Both the position numbers and the translations under genes were made by a program. A stretch of 51,060 nt of DNA. Origin: a virus. Under the pieces are notes generated by a model. That model ran no database searches. It saw only the letters and a list, made by a program, of their open reading frames with translations, and had not been told where the DNA came from. Below, in pieces: positions 37,254-46,136 of the stretch. How positions within the stretch are numbered: position 1 is the stretch's first letter; every line of letters begins with the position of its first letter. The stretch lies in UHGV virus genome UHGV-0021437; one strand, 5' to 3'.

Positions 37254-37997
37254 CTATAAGTCTAGCATACCTATTAACTTCTTATAATTTAGAATACGAA
37301 CTTTATATTTTCCTCTTACTGTCCAATTCTTCTGAATAGCCTGTGTTATGTTCACTTTGCCATTAAAGAATTTCATTGCTTCTGTCTTTGAATAGAAATA
37401 ATGCTTTTTATGAGTTTCAATGTCTGTTATAACGATTGAATGATATATGCTTTTCTTATTTATCTTCAAGACTCTTTCTAAGTTTGTATCTTGTAATATA
37501 TAATATTCTTTGCATCTTGTATTCAATCCTCTAAATGCTCTGTGTAACTCTGTTTGTGCTTCTTTCAAGTTTGTAAAAGCTCCTACAAAATTCAATCTAA
37601 AATCATATACATAGCATTTACCTTTACCATTAGCATCCCACATTTTCTCTACTGCAATAGGGTTTGCCATGTTTTCTTTTTGTGTACACCATCTTAAATT
37701 GTTTGGTTTATTGTTCAACTTGTTTCCATCTATGTGGTCGACAATGTTTCTATCTTCTGTATGACCTACCACAAATGCATAAGCCATCAATCTATGCACA
37801 AAACATTTCTTCCATCTTCTTTCACCTTGTAACTTCAAAGCTACTTGTTTATATCCACTACTGTTAAAACTCTGTACTAATTCCATTCCATCTTTTCCAT
37901 AAACATTTCCATATATGTCTATTTCATAAATATCTAATACTTGTCCATACTCTGTTGCTAATGTATTGACTCTCTTTCTCTCATACATCACTGGCAA
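37254..37997 (-). CDS. free-standing HNH homing endonuclease (247 aa)
   Basis: VDHIDGNKLNNKPNNLRWCTQKEN is an HNH_3 motif. Own RBS AAGGAGG. Sits directly after the terminase large subunit. Confidence 0.75.
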   Translation of the reverse strand: MPVMYERKRVNTLATEYGQVLDIYEIDIYGNVYGKDGMELVQSFNSSGYKQVALKLQGERRWKKCFVHRLMAYAFVVGHTEDRNIVDHIDGNKLNNKPNNLRWCTQKENMANPIAVEKMWDANGKGKCYVYDFRLNFVGAFTNLKEAQTELHRAFRGLNTRCKEYYILQDTNLERVLKINKKSIYHSIVITDIETHKKHYFYSKTEAMKFFNGKVNITQAIQKNWTVRGKYKVRILNYKKLIGMLDL

Positions 37998-38053
37998 CCT
38001 CCTTTATAATATTGTCGCAATAGCTCTTGGGAACATTATTCTTTCGTCAGTTC

Positions 38054-39505
38054 CTATGCGTTGCACGTGTCAAACAGCCATACGCTGTGAGACTTCCGTT
38101 CTGGTCTGCATTTCAGCCTTTCCAGTTTTTCTATCGCTTTATACACGCCTAGTCTTGTGGTATTTTTAAACGTGTGTGGGTCGATATTGAATTCATCATA
38201 TATTACATTGCCCTTTGTATCCTTTGCATATGTCAAATCTTTTAATTCCTTTATCGAATTCCTACATTTAGGCGAGCAAACAATCTTTTTAAAACGTTTT
38301 ACTTTCTTTGTGTTTTGTAACCTACTTCCCGCATACTTTTTACAAGCATACATTTTTACTCCCTCTTGTCTATAATACTGTATATCTTTAGGAGAAGCAC
38401 TATCAGCGAATATGGGTTTGTTGCATCTTTCAGCTCTCTTAAATGTTCTTTGTACTCCATCCAACAAAATGAATTTGTTATCTGTTATATGGTTTCTATA
38501 TACTTCATCATAAATATATAGTATTTTGTTTTTATCATCTACTGCACAACTAATCAATGCATTGTAACTTGTTTCAAAACCAAAATCCAAACCAAAGAAA
38601 TGGTATTTACTTGGTATATTTGTTATCGTGTTTGTAAACTGCTTTGCGTTTGTTGCAATCGTAAACTGTGGTAATACTCTTGTTCCACTTGCTCCGAATC
38701 TTCCCCACCTTGCTACTACCCATAAGTGTGGGTCATTTATTTTTAATCCATCAAGACGTTTAATATATGATATTGGCAAGAATGGGTTATCATCTGCAAT
38801 ACTATGATGGTAATACACTCCATTCTTTTTATTTACTAATGTTCTTCTCCTATATATTTCCTGTTCATCCTGTATTATATGTTCTTTTCCTTTATCATCT
38901 GTGTGAACAAAGAATGTGTTATATACCCAGTTCTCTTTCCCCACTGGGTTTGTTGTCATAATAAAATGCAATGACATTTTAGGCTCTCTAATACGTCCTA
39001 GAAGCTCTGTATATGCATCATAACGTATTTCACTACACTCTTCCATCCAAACGATAGAAACACCATGTATGGACTTTATTTTCTCTACATTGTCCATACC
39101 CCTAAATATGATTCTACTGCCATTTGAAAATCTTACTTCCATAGGTGACATAACAGCTACAGCCTTACCATTCTTAGGCAAGTGTTGGTTCGGTAGTGAT
39201 TCATCACTTAGCATATTCATCTTTTCCAGTATCTCTTTGAATAATGCAAAACATGATTCTTTAATTGTTCCATATACCTGTCTTACAACAAGGCACGTTC
39301 TTCTTTCTTCTAATAGTTTTAATATAATCTTAAGTGCTACATGGTAACTCTTTCCGCTTCCATATCCACCGAATAAAAGGTATTGCTCATAATTCCAATC
39401 TGTTAAAAAAGTGGAGAATCTTTTTGAAACATCAATGTTTACATCCATGCTTTCTTTCTCCTTTTGTTTTAGTTTGTTTGTAATAACAGAAAAGGACAGA
39501 TACAT
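38054..39505 (-). CDS. terL: terminase large subunit
   Basis: Walker A GGYGSGKS. C-terminal RNase-H-like nuclease region. 483 aa. Consensus promoter upstream. Confidence 0.85.
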   Translation of the reverse strand: MYLSFSVITNKLKQKEKESMDVNIDVSKRFSTFLTDWNYEQYLLFGGYGSGKSYHVALKIILKLLEERRTCLVVRQVYGTIKESCFALFKEILEKMNMLSDESLPNQHLPKNGKAVAVMSPMEVRFSNGSRIIFRGMDNVEKIKSIHGVSIVWMEECSEIRYDAYTELLGRIREPKMSLHFIMTTNPVGKENWVYNTFFVHTDDKGKEHIIQDEQEIYRRRTLVNKKNGVYYHHSIADDNPFLPISYIKRLDGLKINDPHLWVVARWGRFGASGTRVLPQFTIATNAKQFTNTITNIPSKYHFFGLDFGFETSYNALISCAVDDKNKILYIYDEVYRNHITDNKFILLDGVQRTFKRAERCNKPIFADSASPKDIQYYRQEGVKMYACKKYAGSRLQNTKKVKRFKKIVCSPKCRNSIKELKDLTYAKDTKGNVIYDEFNIDPHTFKNTTRLGVYKAIEKLERLKCRPERKSHSVWLFDTCNA

Positions 39506-39535
39506 TACTTTGCATCTGCCTTTCTGTTTGAATTA

Positions 39536-39564
39536 ATTATACCATATTATATTATATACGTCAA
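39536..39564 (-). promoter_or_regulatory. sigma-70-type promoter TTGACG-N17-TATAAT upstream of terL
   Basis: -35 at 39559-39564 and -10 at 39536-39541. Confidence 0.5.
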
Positions 39565-39591
39565 ATAAAATTTTATATTTTATGCAATGCT

Positions 39592-40110
39592 TTACTTGAA
39601 TATTTTATCAAGAACTCCACCAATGTCGTTTACTACTCTGTCCATTGTTTCAATCAGCTCTTCATATGATTCACCGTACACTTCTTTCATGCATTCATCC
39701 CTGTGGTTAATCAAATTTTCAAGCGTTGCATTCTTCATCTTGGTATCTTCTTTCTTAATTTCACTCATACAAATCACTGAACCGATTGCATTCATAATTG
39801 TTGCTTGGCTTTCAAGAATAATATCAAGTTTGTTTTCTACTTTCTCAACTTTTGTATTTGTTTTGTTTCCAACTTGCTCTTCACTTCTTTTACTTGAAAC
39901 AACTTCAAATTCTTCTTTTCTACACTTAATAACATTCTCTAAATAATATGAACCAAAACCAAGATTATAATAATTTTTACCAACCTCTCTGTATCTAATC
40001 TGATAATATGGGTTGTTACCATGTAGAACTGAATCACCCACGATGATTTCAATATCATCTACGATTATTTTATTTTCCATTGTTTCCTCGTTTGTTTTCT
40101 TTTCTTCCAT
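39592..40110 (-). CDS. hypothetical protein (172 aa)
   Basis: ORF immediately upstream of terL. An alternative candidate for the small terminase. Confidence 0.35.
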   Translation of the reverse strand: MEEKKTNEETMENKIIVDDIEIIVGDSVLHGNNPYYQIRYREVGKNYYNLGFGSYYLENVIKCRKEEFEVVSSKRSEEQVGNKTNTKVEKVENKLDIILESQATIMNAIGSVICMSEIKKEDTKMKNATLENLINHRDECMKEVYGESYEELIETMDRVVNDIGGVLDKIFK

Positions 40111-40140
40111 TGTTTTGTACTTCCTTTCAATATTTAATCA

Positions 40141-40881
40141 TTATCTCCAATCCATTGTCCATTGGTCTGCCATTGCTTTTGCAACTCCTGAAAATGTTTT
40201 ACTTCTTGCTTTAGCAGTTCTTGGGTCGTGAAAAGGAATAGATTTACCGTTCTCATCGTAGACTTGTCCAATTCCAACCCCAAACCTTGCTCCACCCTTA
40301 TATGTCCTAATTTTTGGCTCTACAATATTTGTTGAAATTAATTTTGGAAGTCCTTTTAACCACAGGCATGTTGTTTTCTTTGTTTCATGCCCAAACTCAT
40401 ATGGTTGAATACGTTGTGTAGGTTTAATTGGCAATCCATACTTTTCAGCTAAATCTGGAAACCACTTTTTTATGTAATCTCCACTGATAATGTTCACTGG
40501 GTTTTCAATTGATACTCTGTCACAATCAGCAATTAAAAATTGACAGAAGAATTCAATACCGTCTCGTTGTCTTCCGTCCACTCTTTTCTTTTCAAAATGT
40601 TTCGCACCACTTACTGCAAGATGTGTACATGGAGGAAATGCGATAATCATATCCCATTTACCATGTACATTATGGTGTCCTCCATCTGTAGTCTGAAAAG
40701 AACAATTACCATTAAGCAATGGTAAAACATCTTCTTTTATATGCCATTCCGGATGACCTCCAGAACAGTCAATAACATCACAACTATAAGCATCAAATCC
40801 TAGTTTTCTCAATTCTTTTGTAACAGCTTGTGATTCCTCACATGCAACCAAAATTTTCTTTCTTGATGAAATTGTTTTCAT
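40141..40881 (-). CDS. DNA C5-cytosine methyltransferase-like protein, divergent
   Basis: FPPCTHLAVSGAKH resembles the motif IV catalytic PC region. RVSIENPVNII resembles the motif VI ENV region. Motif I is degenerate (ACEESQAV instead of FSGxGG). Confidence 0.4.
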   Translation of the reverse strand: MKTISSRKKILVACEESQAVTKELRKLGFDAYSCDVIDCSGGHPEWHIKEDVLPLLNGNCSFQTTDGGHHNVHGKWDMIIAFPPCTHLAVSGAKHFEKKRVDGRQRDGIEFFCQFLIADCDRVSIENPVNIISGDYIKKWFPDLAEKYGLPIKPTQRIQPYEFGHETKKTTCLWLKGLPKLISTNIVEPKIRTYKGGARFGVGIGQVYDENGKSIPFHDPRTAKARSKTFSGVAKAMADQWTMDWR

Positions 40882-40940
40882 TTATACTTCCTTTCTGAAA
40901 TAAATGCTTGTTTGTTTTCTTTTAGGTTTATATGCCTAAA

Positions 40941-41013
40941 TGGATTATATAGGATTCGAACCTATAACTTACCGCTTATGAGGCGGTTGCTCTAACCATT
41001 GAACTAATAATCC
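40941..41013 (-). tRNA. tRNA with anticodon CAT (Met, or lysidine-modified Ile2)
   Basis: Cloverleaf with 7-bp acceptor stem GGATTAT/ATAATCC, D arm GTTC/GAGC, anticodon loop CTCATAA, T loop TTCGAAT. CCA is not encoded. The anticodon stem lacks the three G-C pairs of an initiator tRNA. Confidence 0.8.
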
Positions 41014-41099
41014 TTAATGTGTTGCTTTCGTGGCTTGCACACTACTCACAACACTTTAGCAAGAAAAGAAATTTGATATGCACACTTAAAGGTGTGCAA

Positions 41100-41171
41100 C
41101 TGCCTAGGTTGGAATCGAACCAACAAATCAAGGAGTCAAAGTCCTTTGCCTTTCCGTTTGGCTACTAGGCA
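41100..41171 (-). tRNA. tRNA-Gln (anticodon TTG)
   Basis: Acceptor stem TGCCTAG/CTAGGCA, anticodon loop CTTTGAC, T loop TTCGATT. CCA is not encoded. Confidence 0.8.
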
Positions 41172-41304
41172 ATATGTAGACTGTAAACACTACTATATGC
41201 ATGGGGATTTCATTTACAGCCTACGAGCTACAATAGAGAAAAAAATGCGCCTCGCATTAATGCCTCTGTGTTTTAATGACTTTAACACCTGTCAATGTTT
41301 TATT

Positions 41305-41454
41305 TTATAAATAAAATACATCATCTTCAACTGCAATGTAATTATCACCAAAACACATTTCAATGTTATACTCTCTTGCAATTTCTTCTGCTTCTCTAAT
41401 CTTATCTGCTTCTACTAAATTCCAAACCTTTTTGATTGCTTCTGTTCTACTCAT
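41305..41454 (-). CDS. small hypothetical protein (49 aa; MSRTEAIKKVWNLVEADKIREAEEIAREYNIEMCFGDNYIAVEDDVFYL)
   Basis: RBS AAGGAGATATGAATTATG. Downstream of promoter P5. Confidence 0.4.
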   Translation of the reverse strand: MSRTEAIKKVWNLVEADKIREAEEIAREYNIEMCFGDNYIAVEDDVFYL

Positions 41455-41510
41455 AATTCATATCTCCTTATCTGTTCTTTATTTTGTTCCCTTTGTTTCT
41501 TTCTGATTAT

Positions 41511-41539
41511 ATATTAACATAATTACTTGTATTTGTCAA
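41511..41539 (-). promoter_or_regulatory. sigma-70-type promoter TTGACA-N17-TAATAT
   Basis: -35 at 41534-41539 overlaps the stop codon of the upstream small ORF. -10 at 41511-41516. Confidence 0.45.
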
Positions 41540-41679
41540 CAGTTATTTTCATTTTTTCTATGTCTTCCATGCTCTCTGATGTGTTCAACAATATCCGCAG
41601 AAGCTCCGTTCTGCTTACATCTTCTTGCTAACCGTTCCCACATATCAAGATTTTTCCACCGTGGTTTATTCTTCTTCAT
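41536..41679 (-). CDS. small basic protein (47 aa; MKKNKPRWKNLDMWERLARRCKQNGASADIVEHIREHGRHRKNENNC)
   Basis: RBS AAGGAGAGAAAACAAATG. Confidence 0.4.
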   Translation of the reverse strand: MKKNKPRWKNLDMWERLARRCKQNGASADIVEHIREHGRHRKNENNC

Positions 41680-41699
41680 TTGTTTTCTCTCCTTACTTT

Positions 41700-41933
41700 T
41701 TATTCATAACAATTTGAACCATAATCTGAATACTCCATAAATACTTTTGTTTCCTTGCAATAGCTTACATTGTATTCATATTCCATTTTCATTCCATATA
41801 CTTCTTCTGAAAGAACACACTTGATTTCATATACTGTTTGTCCACAATCTTCTGTTTTGTGCATCTTCATACTTTCAACTGTTTTTGTTCCATTAAATCT
41901 TTCTTCAATTCTATCTTTAATATATTTTCTCAT
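41700..41933 (-). CDS. hypothetical protein (77 aa)
   Basis: RBS AAGGAGAACAAAAAAATG. Downstream of promoter P4. Confidence 0.4.
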   Translation of the reverse strand: MRKYIKDRIEERFNGTKTVESMKMHKTEDCGQTVYEIKCVLSEEVYGMKMEYEYNVSYCKETKVFMEYSDYGSNCYE

Positions 41934-41978
41934 TTTTTTGTTCTCCTTATTTGTTTTCTTTCTTTAACTTATGTATTC

Positions 41979-42007
41979 ATTATAACATCTATGTTTTGTT
42001 TTGTCAA
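41979..42007 (-). promoter_or_regulatory. sigma-70-type promoter TTGACA-N17-TATAAT with downstream AAGTTAAAG element
   Basis: -35 at 42002-42007 and -10 at 41979-41984. Confidence 0.45.
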
Positions 42008-42117
42008 TATACTTTTAAAATTTTATTAACTTCTTCACTTAGTGTATATCTTGTTCCTATAAACTTTTTATTCTCTTCTCTAAGATTATCCAGCTCATTT
42101 GTCAATATTCTTTTCAT
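42004..42117 (-). CDS. small protein (37 aa; MKRILTNELDNLREENKKFIGTRYTLSEEVNKILKVY)
   Basis: RBS AAGGAGGAACAAATAAGATG. Its stop overlaps the -35 of the next promoter. Confidence 0.35.
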   Translation of the reverse strand: MKRILTNELDNLREENKKFIGTRYTLSEEVNKILKVY

Positions 42118-42174
42118 CTTATTTGTTCCTCCTTATTTGTTTTATCTGTTTTTGCTTTCCTTAACTTTAATTAT

Positions 42175-42202
42175 ATTATAACACAATATAGCAAAAAGTC
42201 AA
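42175..42202 (-). promoter_or_regulatory. sigma-70-type promoter TTGACT-N16-TATAAT, duplicated leader cassette
   Basis: About 85 nt nearly identical to the cassette at 13121-13200, including ATAATTAAAGTTAAGG and the RBS AAGGAGGAACAAA. Confidence 0.5.
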
Positions 42203-42266
42203 TATGTTTTTATATAATATTTTATATTTATTTATATAATAAAATAAGCACCCTTTTATAGGTGCT

Positions 42267-42812
42267 TTAAATTCTTTCCTTTGTTTCAATATCTGCCTGT
42301 GGATATTTTGTTTTTAATGTTGTAAATGCTTTGTTCATATCCTGTGTGTTTTTGAAGTGCAACACAACATCATGTTTTTCTTTTGTTTTAAACTTTACCT
42401 CTTTTTCTGTTGGTTCTTCTTCTGGTAACAAATCCATATCAAAGTCAAATAGTGACATATCAATTTCGCCAACATCCCACAGTTCACTTAACTCTGTGTT
42501 CAGTAGTTCTACATTCCATTCACTTTCGTTCAGTTTGTTATCTACTAGCCTATATGCTTTTATTTGTTCTTCTGTGAGTTCTTCAAGGCATACAGTTGGT
42601 ACTTGTTTTAATCCTGCTTTCTTAGCTCCTAGGATTCTTCCATGCCCAGCTACTACACTGTTATGTTTATCAATTATTACTGGCTGTGTAAAACCAAACT
42701 CTTTAATACTATTTGCAATTTGTTCAACTTGTTCTTTACTGTGTTTCTTTGCGTTCTTCTTATATGGTTTTAATTCCTTTATTTGTTTATACACTATGTT
42801 AAGTTCTTCCAT
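42267..42812 (-). CDS. ParB-like nuclease-domain protein (stand-alone, 181 aa)
   Basis: LKPYKKNAKKHSKEQVEQIANSIKEFGFTQPVIIDKHNSVVAGHGRILGAKKAGLKQVPTV is the ParB/Srx fold typically found at the N-terminus of phage methyltransferases. Confidence 0.65.
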   Translation of the reverse strand: MEELNIVYKQIKELKPYKKNAKKHSKEQVEQIANSIKEFGFTQPVIIDKHNSVVAGHGRILGAKKAGLKQVPTVCLEELTEEQIKAYRLVDNKLNESEWNVELLNTELSELWDVGEIDMSLFDFDMDLLPEEEPTEKEVKFKTKEKHDVVLHFKNTQDMNKAFTTLKTKYPQADIETKERI

Positions 42813-42965
42813 GTTCTTTCACTCTCCTTTATTAATGTTTTATACATATGTTTTATATACCTCTGTTCTGCCTGTTTGTGTTCAATTATACGTTTGTTCT
42901 ATGTTTTCCTATATAGCTTTTTACTATTCACATGGTGTTTTGTTTGTTTACTAATAGTTTACTTA

Positions 42966-43238
42966 CTAGTAGCTTAGTAGCTTTCCCATGTATTTTACAC
43001 TTTTTACTTTACAGTTCTTTAATGCGAGTAATACTATTGCTTTGTGTTTTGCTTCATGTATGTTTTCTGCATAGCATAGTGTTTTATTTGTTTGTTCTGT
43101 TTCTACTCCTAGTTCATCTAACTGTGTATATACTACTAGGTACTTGCTTTGTTTTTCATCTTCTATATCTGAACTTATGTTCTGCATTTGTTCTAGTTCT
43201 TCTTTTGCTTTACTATATGCTTTTTCATGCATACCCAT
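42966..43238 (-). CDS. hypothetical protein (90 aa)
   Basis: ORF from the track. Confidence 0.35.
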   Translation of the reverse strand: MGMHEKAYSKAKEELEQMQNISSDIEDEKQSKYLVVYTQLDELGVETEQTNKTLCYAENIHEAKHKAIVLLALKNCKVKSVKYMGKLLSY

Positions 43239-43329
43239 TTTAACCCTCCTATCTGCCTTTTCTAGCTGTTTTATTTATATAGGCTTATACTTTATAAGGT
43301 ATTAGGTTTAAAACGCTTATATGAGCTTA

Positions 43330-43854
43330 TTATCCGCCATATACATCATTTCCCCACTCTTCCTCTTCTGACTCCTGTTCTTCAAGCCAATCTGTTCCGT
43401 TTTCCGCATTCCAGATTTCTTCATCGTCTTTTGCACTTGGTTCATATACATCACCCTGTGTGATTAGATTAATTGTTACTTCATTCTGTACTTTGCCTGT
43501 TTGTTTGAACATATCTAGCTTATCCATCATTGTCACAATTTCTTTTATCGCTCCTACATCACCTGTTAAGCCTTTTTTAAATAATGCAACCATCAGTAAG
43601 TTTTGGTTTGTTAAATCTTCACTTTTAAAACCCATATGCATTAATACTTGTTTTTGTTTTTCTGTTGTTATCTTCATTGTTAACAATGCTTTCATACATT
43701 GCTGTAATGCCATTTTTTCATCACGTTTCTTTTTTCTTGCTTCAACTCCGAGTTGGACAATTCTTTTCTTTTCTTCTTCCGACCTTTCATTCATAGGAAT
43801 TAGATTTTCTATTCCCTTACGAAATGTTTTTGGTGACTTCGTGTTTGTTGCCAT
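43330..43854 (-). CDS. candidate terminase small subunit (174 aa)
   Basis: Basic HTH-like N-terminus (EEKKRIVQLGVEARKKKRDEK), acidic C-terminus. Size typical of a small terminase, though not adjacent to terL. Confidence 0.35.
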   Translation of the reverse strand: MATNTKSPKTFRKGIENLIPMNERSEEEKKRIVQLGVEARKKKRDEKMALQQCMKALLTMKITTEKQKQVLMHMGFKSEDLTNQNLLMVALFKKGLTGDVGAIKEIVTMMDKLDMFKQTGKVQNEVTINLITQGDVYEPSAKDDEEIWNAENGTDWLEEQESEEEEWGNDVYGG

Positions 43855-44420
43855 CCTTTCTGTTCACTCTCCTTTTATTTATTTGTTCCCATAATATCAA
43901 ATAAGGCAAGGAAGTGTGCTTTGTTTTGCTTCTTCCTCACCGATATTTCTTTCTTTTATACAAAAACAGTAAACATATAAAACCGCTATCAAGTGTACGA
44001 GGTTTGTGTAGGTTGTATATTGAACGAAATTATTTTATGAGTACAAAACATGGCTTTTTATTTTGTTTTATTTCATATGCCTACTGCTTTTATCTATTTA
44101 TATTTCTGGCTAACATTTGTGGCTGTTACTTATATGTTTCTATCCTAAAACATTTCCTTAATTCCATTTTATTATAGCATGTTACTATCTGTTTGTCAAG
44201 GTAAAATTTACAATTTTACGCAATGTAAATTTTAATTTATTTTGCTTTTATTTATGTTTTCTTTGTTTGTTTTGCCTAAAAAGTAAATCTCTTTCTTTCT
44301 TAGCTTTTATTCTTTCTGCTTTCGCCTTTTCATTTGCTTTGTAATATTCCATATACTTACTACATGTCCCATGGCAATGTAATATTCTTTCTGCACAATT
44401 CTTACATGGACTGTGTAACA

Positions 44421-44795
44421 TCATATCAACCCTTTTCTTCTTAGATAATCTTCTACATCACATAAATATAATATTGCATCCTGTGTGTCCTGTTCCCTTA
44501 TACTTACAATACCATCTGTGTCTTTTATTGTGTACCTGTATTCTGATAATGGAAACCCATCTTTTGTCTCATTCCGCATTTTATGTTTTACTCTTGTAAT
44601 AAAATTAAGTATGAACACCGTTACCAATGTTATTACAATGCTTTCTAATGCCCCTATATGGCTTTTTATCAGCACATATGGGAGTAGTATATAAATAATA
44701 CACTTAAGCTCTTCAAACCGTTCTACAATCCAATTATGCGCCTGTGAAATAGTTTCTGTAAAAGAGCTTCCTACTGCTTCAAATAACTTTCTCAT
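44421..44795 (-). CDS. membrane protein (124 aa)
   Basis: Hydrophobic segments IYILLPYVLI and IVITLVTVFILNFI. Confidence 0.4.
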   Translation of the reverse strand: MRKLFEAVGSSFTETISQAHNWIVERFEELKCIIYILLPYVLIKSHIGALESIVITLVTVFILNFITRVKHKMRNETKDGFPLSEYRYTIKDTDGIVSIREQDTQDAILYLCDVEDYLRRKGLI

Positions 44796-45172
44796 AGTTT
44801 CTTTAATCCTTTCATAAATTCACCCATTCCATTTTTTAATGTTTCAAGTTTTGTTTCAAGTCTTTTTCTATATGGTGGTGTTTTGCACACTTCGCATCTG
44901 TATTTGTTTTCTTTGTTGAAGAATGCTCCCGCAAATTCTTTGCATATATCACAATTATGTTCAAATACTTCTGTTTCATCTGTGAAAATGTATACTTCTA
45001 AATCTACACAACCAATGCCACTGCTTTCGTTTTTCTTAATGCTGTAGCTTAAATTCTTAGAATTGTTTTCTGCAAGGATGTTTGTTGCTATCCACTTACA
45101 GCATTCAAGATATGCCTGTTTCATTGTTTTAGCTTTGAACTGTTTCTGAATAATCTTTTCTGCTATTAACAT
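44792..45172 (-). CDS. hypothetical Cys-containing protein (126 aa)
   Basis: ORF from the track. Confidence 0.4.
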   Translation of the reverse strand: MLIAEKIIQKQFKAKTMKQAYLECCKWIATNILAENNSKNLSYSIKKNESSGIGCVDLEVYIFTDETEVFEHNCDICKEFAGAFFNKENKYRCEVCKTPPYRKRLETKLETLKNGMGEFMKGLKKL

Positions 45173-45176
45173 GGTT

Positions 45177-45644
45177 TTATTCCTCCGATAACTCCTGTTT
45201 TGCTTCTACTGCACTTCTGTCTGCAAGTTCATTTAGTGGGTCACCATTATGCCCTTTTATGTGTACCATGTTAATCACCATTTTCTTTTCATATACGAGC
45301 TTAAACATCTTTTCCCATATTTGTTTATTCTTTATTGGCTTATCCTCTTTTGTTTTCCATCCATTCTTATACCAGTTTAAAAGCCAACCTTTTGTTATAG
45401 CATTCACAACATATGCACTATCACAATACACTGTCACCTTTTTTGCGTTGCTTTTAAAGGCTTTTACTAATGCCATATATACAGCGGTTAATTCCATTTC
45501 ATTGTTCGTTGTTTTATATTTGTTTCCTTTTGTCACATTTGTTTTGTATCCGCTGTCACATTTTACAAGTTCAACAAAACTCCATCCTCCAACTCCGGGG
45601 TTTCCACTACAAGCACCATCTGTATAAAATATCAAATCTTTCAT
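45177..45644 (-). CDS. rnhA: ribonuclease HI
   Basis: FYTDGACSGNPGVGGW, CDSAYVVNAI and HIKGHNGDPLNELADRSA are canonical RNase H motifs. Confidence 0.8.
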   Translation of the reverse strand: MKDLIFYTDGACSGNPGVGGWSFVELVKCDSGYKTNVTKGNKYKTTNNEMELTAVYMALVKAFKSNAKKVTVYCDSAYVVNAITKGWLLNWYKNGWKTKEDKPIKNKQIWEKMFKLVYEKKMVINMVHIKGHNGDPLNELADRSAVEAKQELSEE

Positions 45645-46036
45645 TTATTTGTTCCTTTCTTTGCATCTGCTTTAATGTCTGCATATAGCTTTACAATAAT
45701 CTTTGCGACCAGTTCCCATAATGTTTTACCATACACTGTTCCAATCCAATCATGTGATTCCCTTACCTTTACGCATGAACATGAGTAAAAAACAAATTTG
45801 CGTGTTTCGTTCAGCTGTTCATAATATGGCAAAAAGCTCTGTGTTCTATAGTTATACCTTATACAGATTCCTTGCATTGCTTTTTCTAATACTTCTAATG
45901 GTGCAATTTCTGTTTTTGTATAGTTTTGTTTTTCAAGCATCTTTGCAACTGGTTTTACTTTCCAGAGAAAATTGTTTAATACTTTTAAGTTCTCCTGTTT
46001 TGTACAATCTAAGTTTAAAATCTCTTCTGTTTTCAT
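45641..46036 (-). CDS. hypothetical protein (131 aa)
   Basis: ORF from the track. Confidence 0.4.
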   Translation of the reverse strand: MKTEEILNLDCTKQENLKVLNNFLWKVKPVAKMLEKQNYTKTEIAPLEVLEKAMQGICIRYNYRTQSFLPYYEQLNETRKFVFYSCSCVKVRESHDWIGTVYGKTLWELVAKIIVKLYADIKADAKKGTNK

Positions 46037-46136
46037 GTTTTGTCCTCACTAATTAAAAAAGGCAAGAAATAGTTTTATCCTACCTCCCGCCTTTTATTAA
46101 CATCTATGCAACGTTTGTTTTATTTACTTGTTTGTT

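Noticed and set aside
37254-38160. HNH gene residing in a group I intron inside terL
   Set aside because: terL is already full length at 483 aa with an in-frame stop. The 184 nt after the HNH gene has stops in all frames. The next ORF has its own RBS, so there is no exon 2.
43330-43854. Confident small-terminase call
   Set aside because: This rests only on size, an N-terminal basic HTH-like segment and an acidic C-terminus. The gene is separated from terL by about 4 kb including tRNAs. It is kept as a low-confidence candidate alongside ORF 39592..40110.
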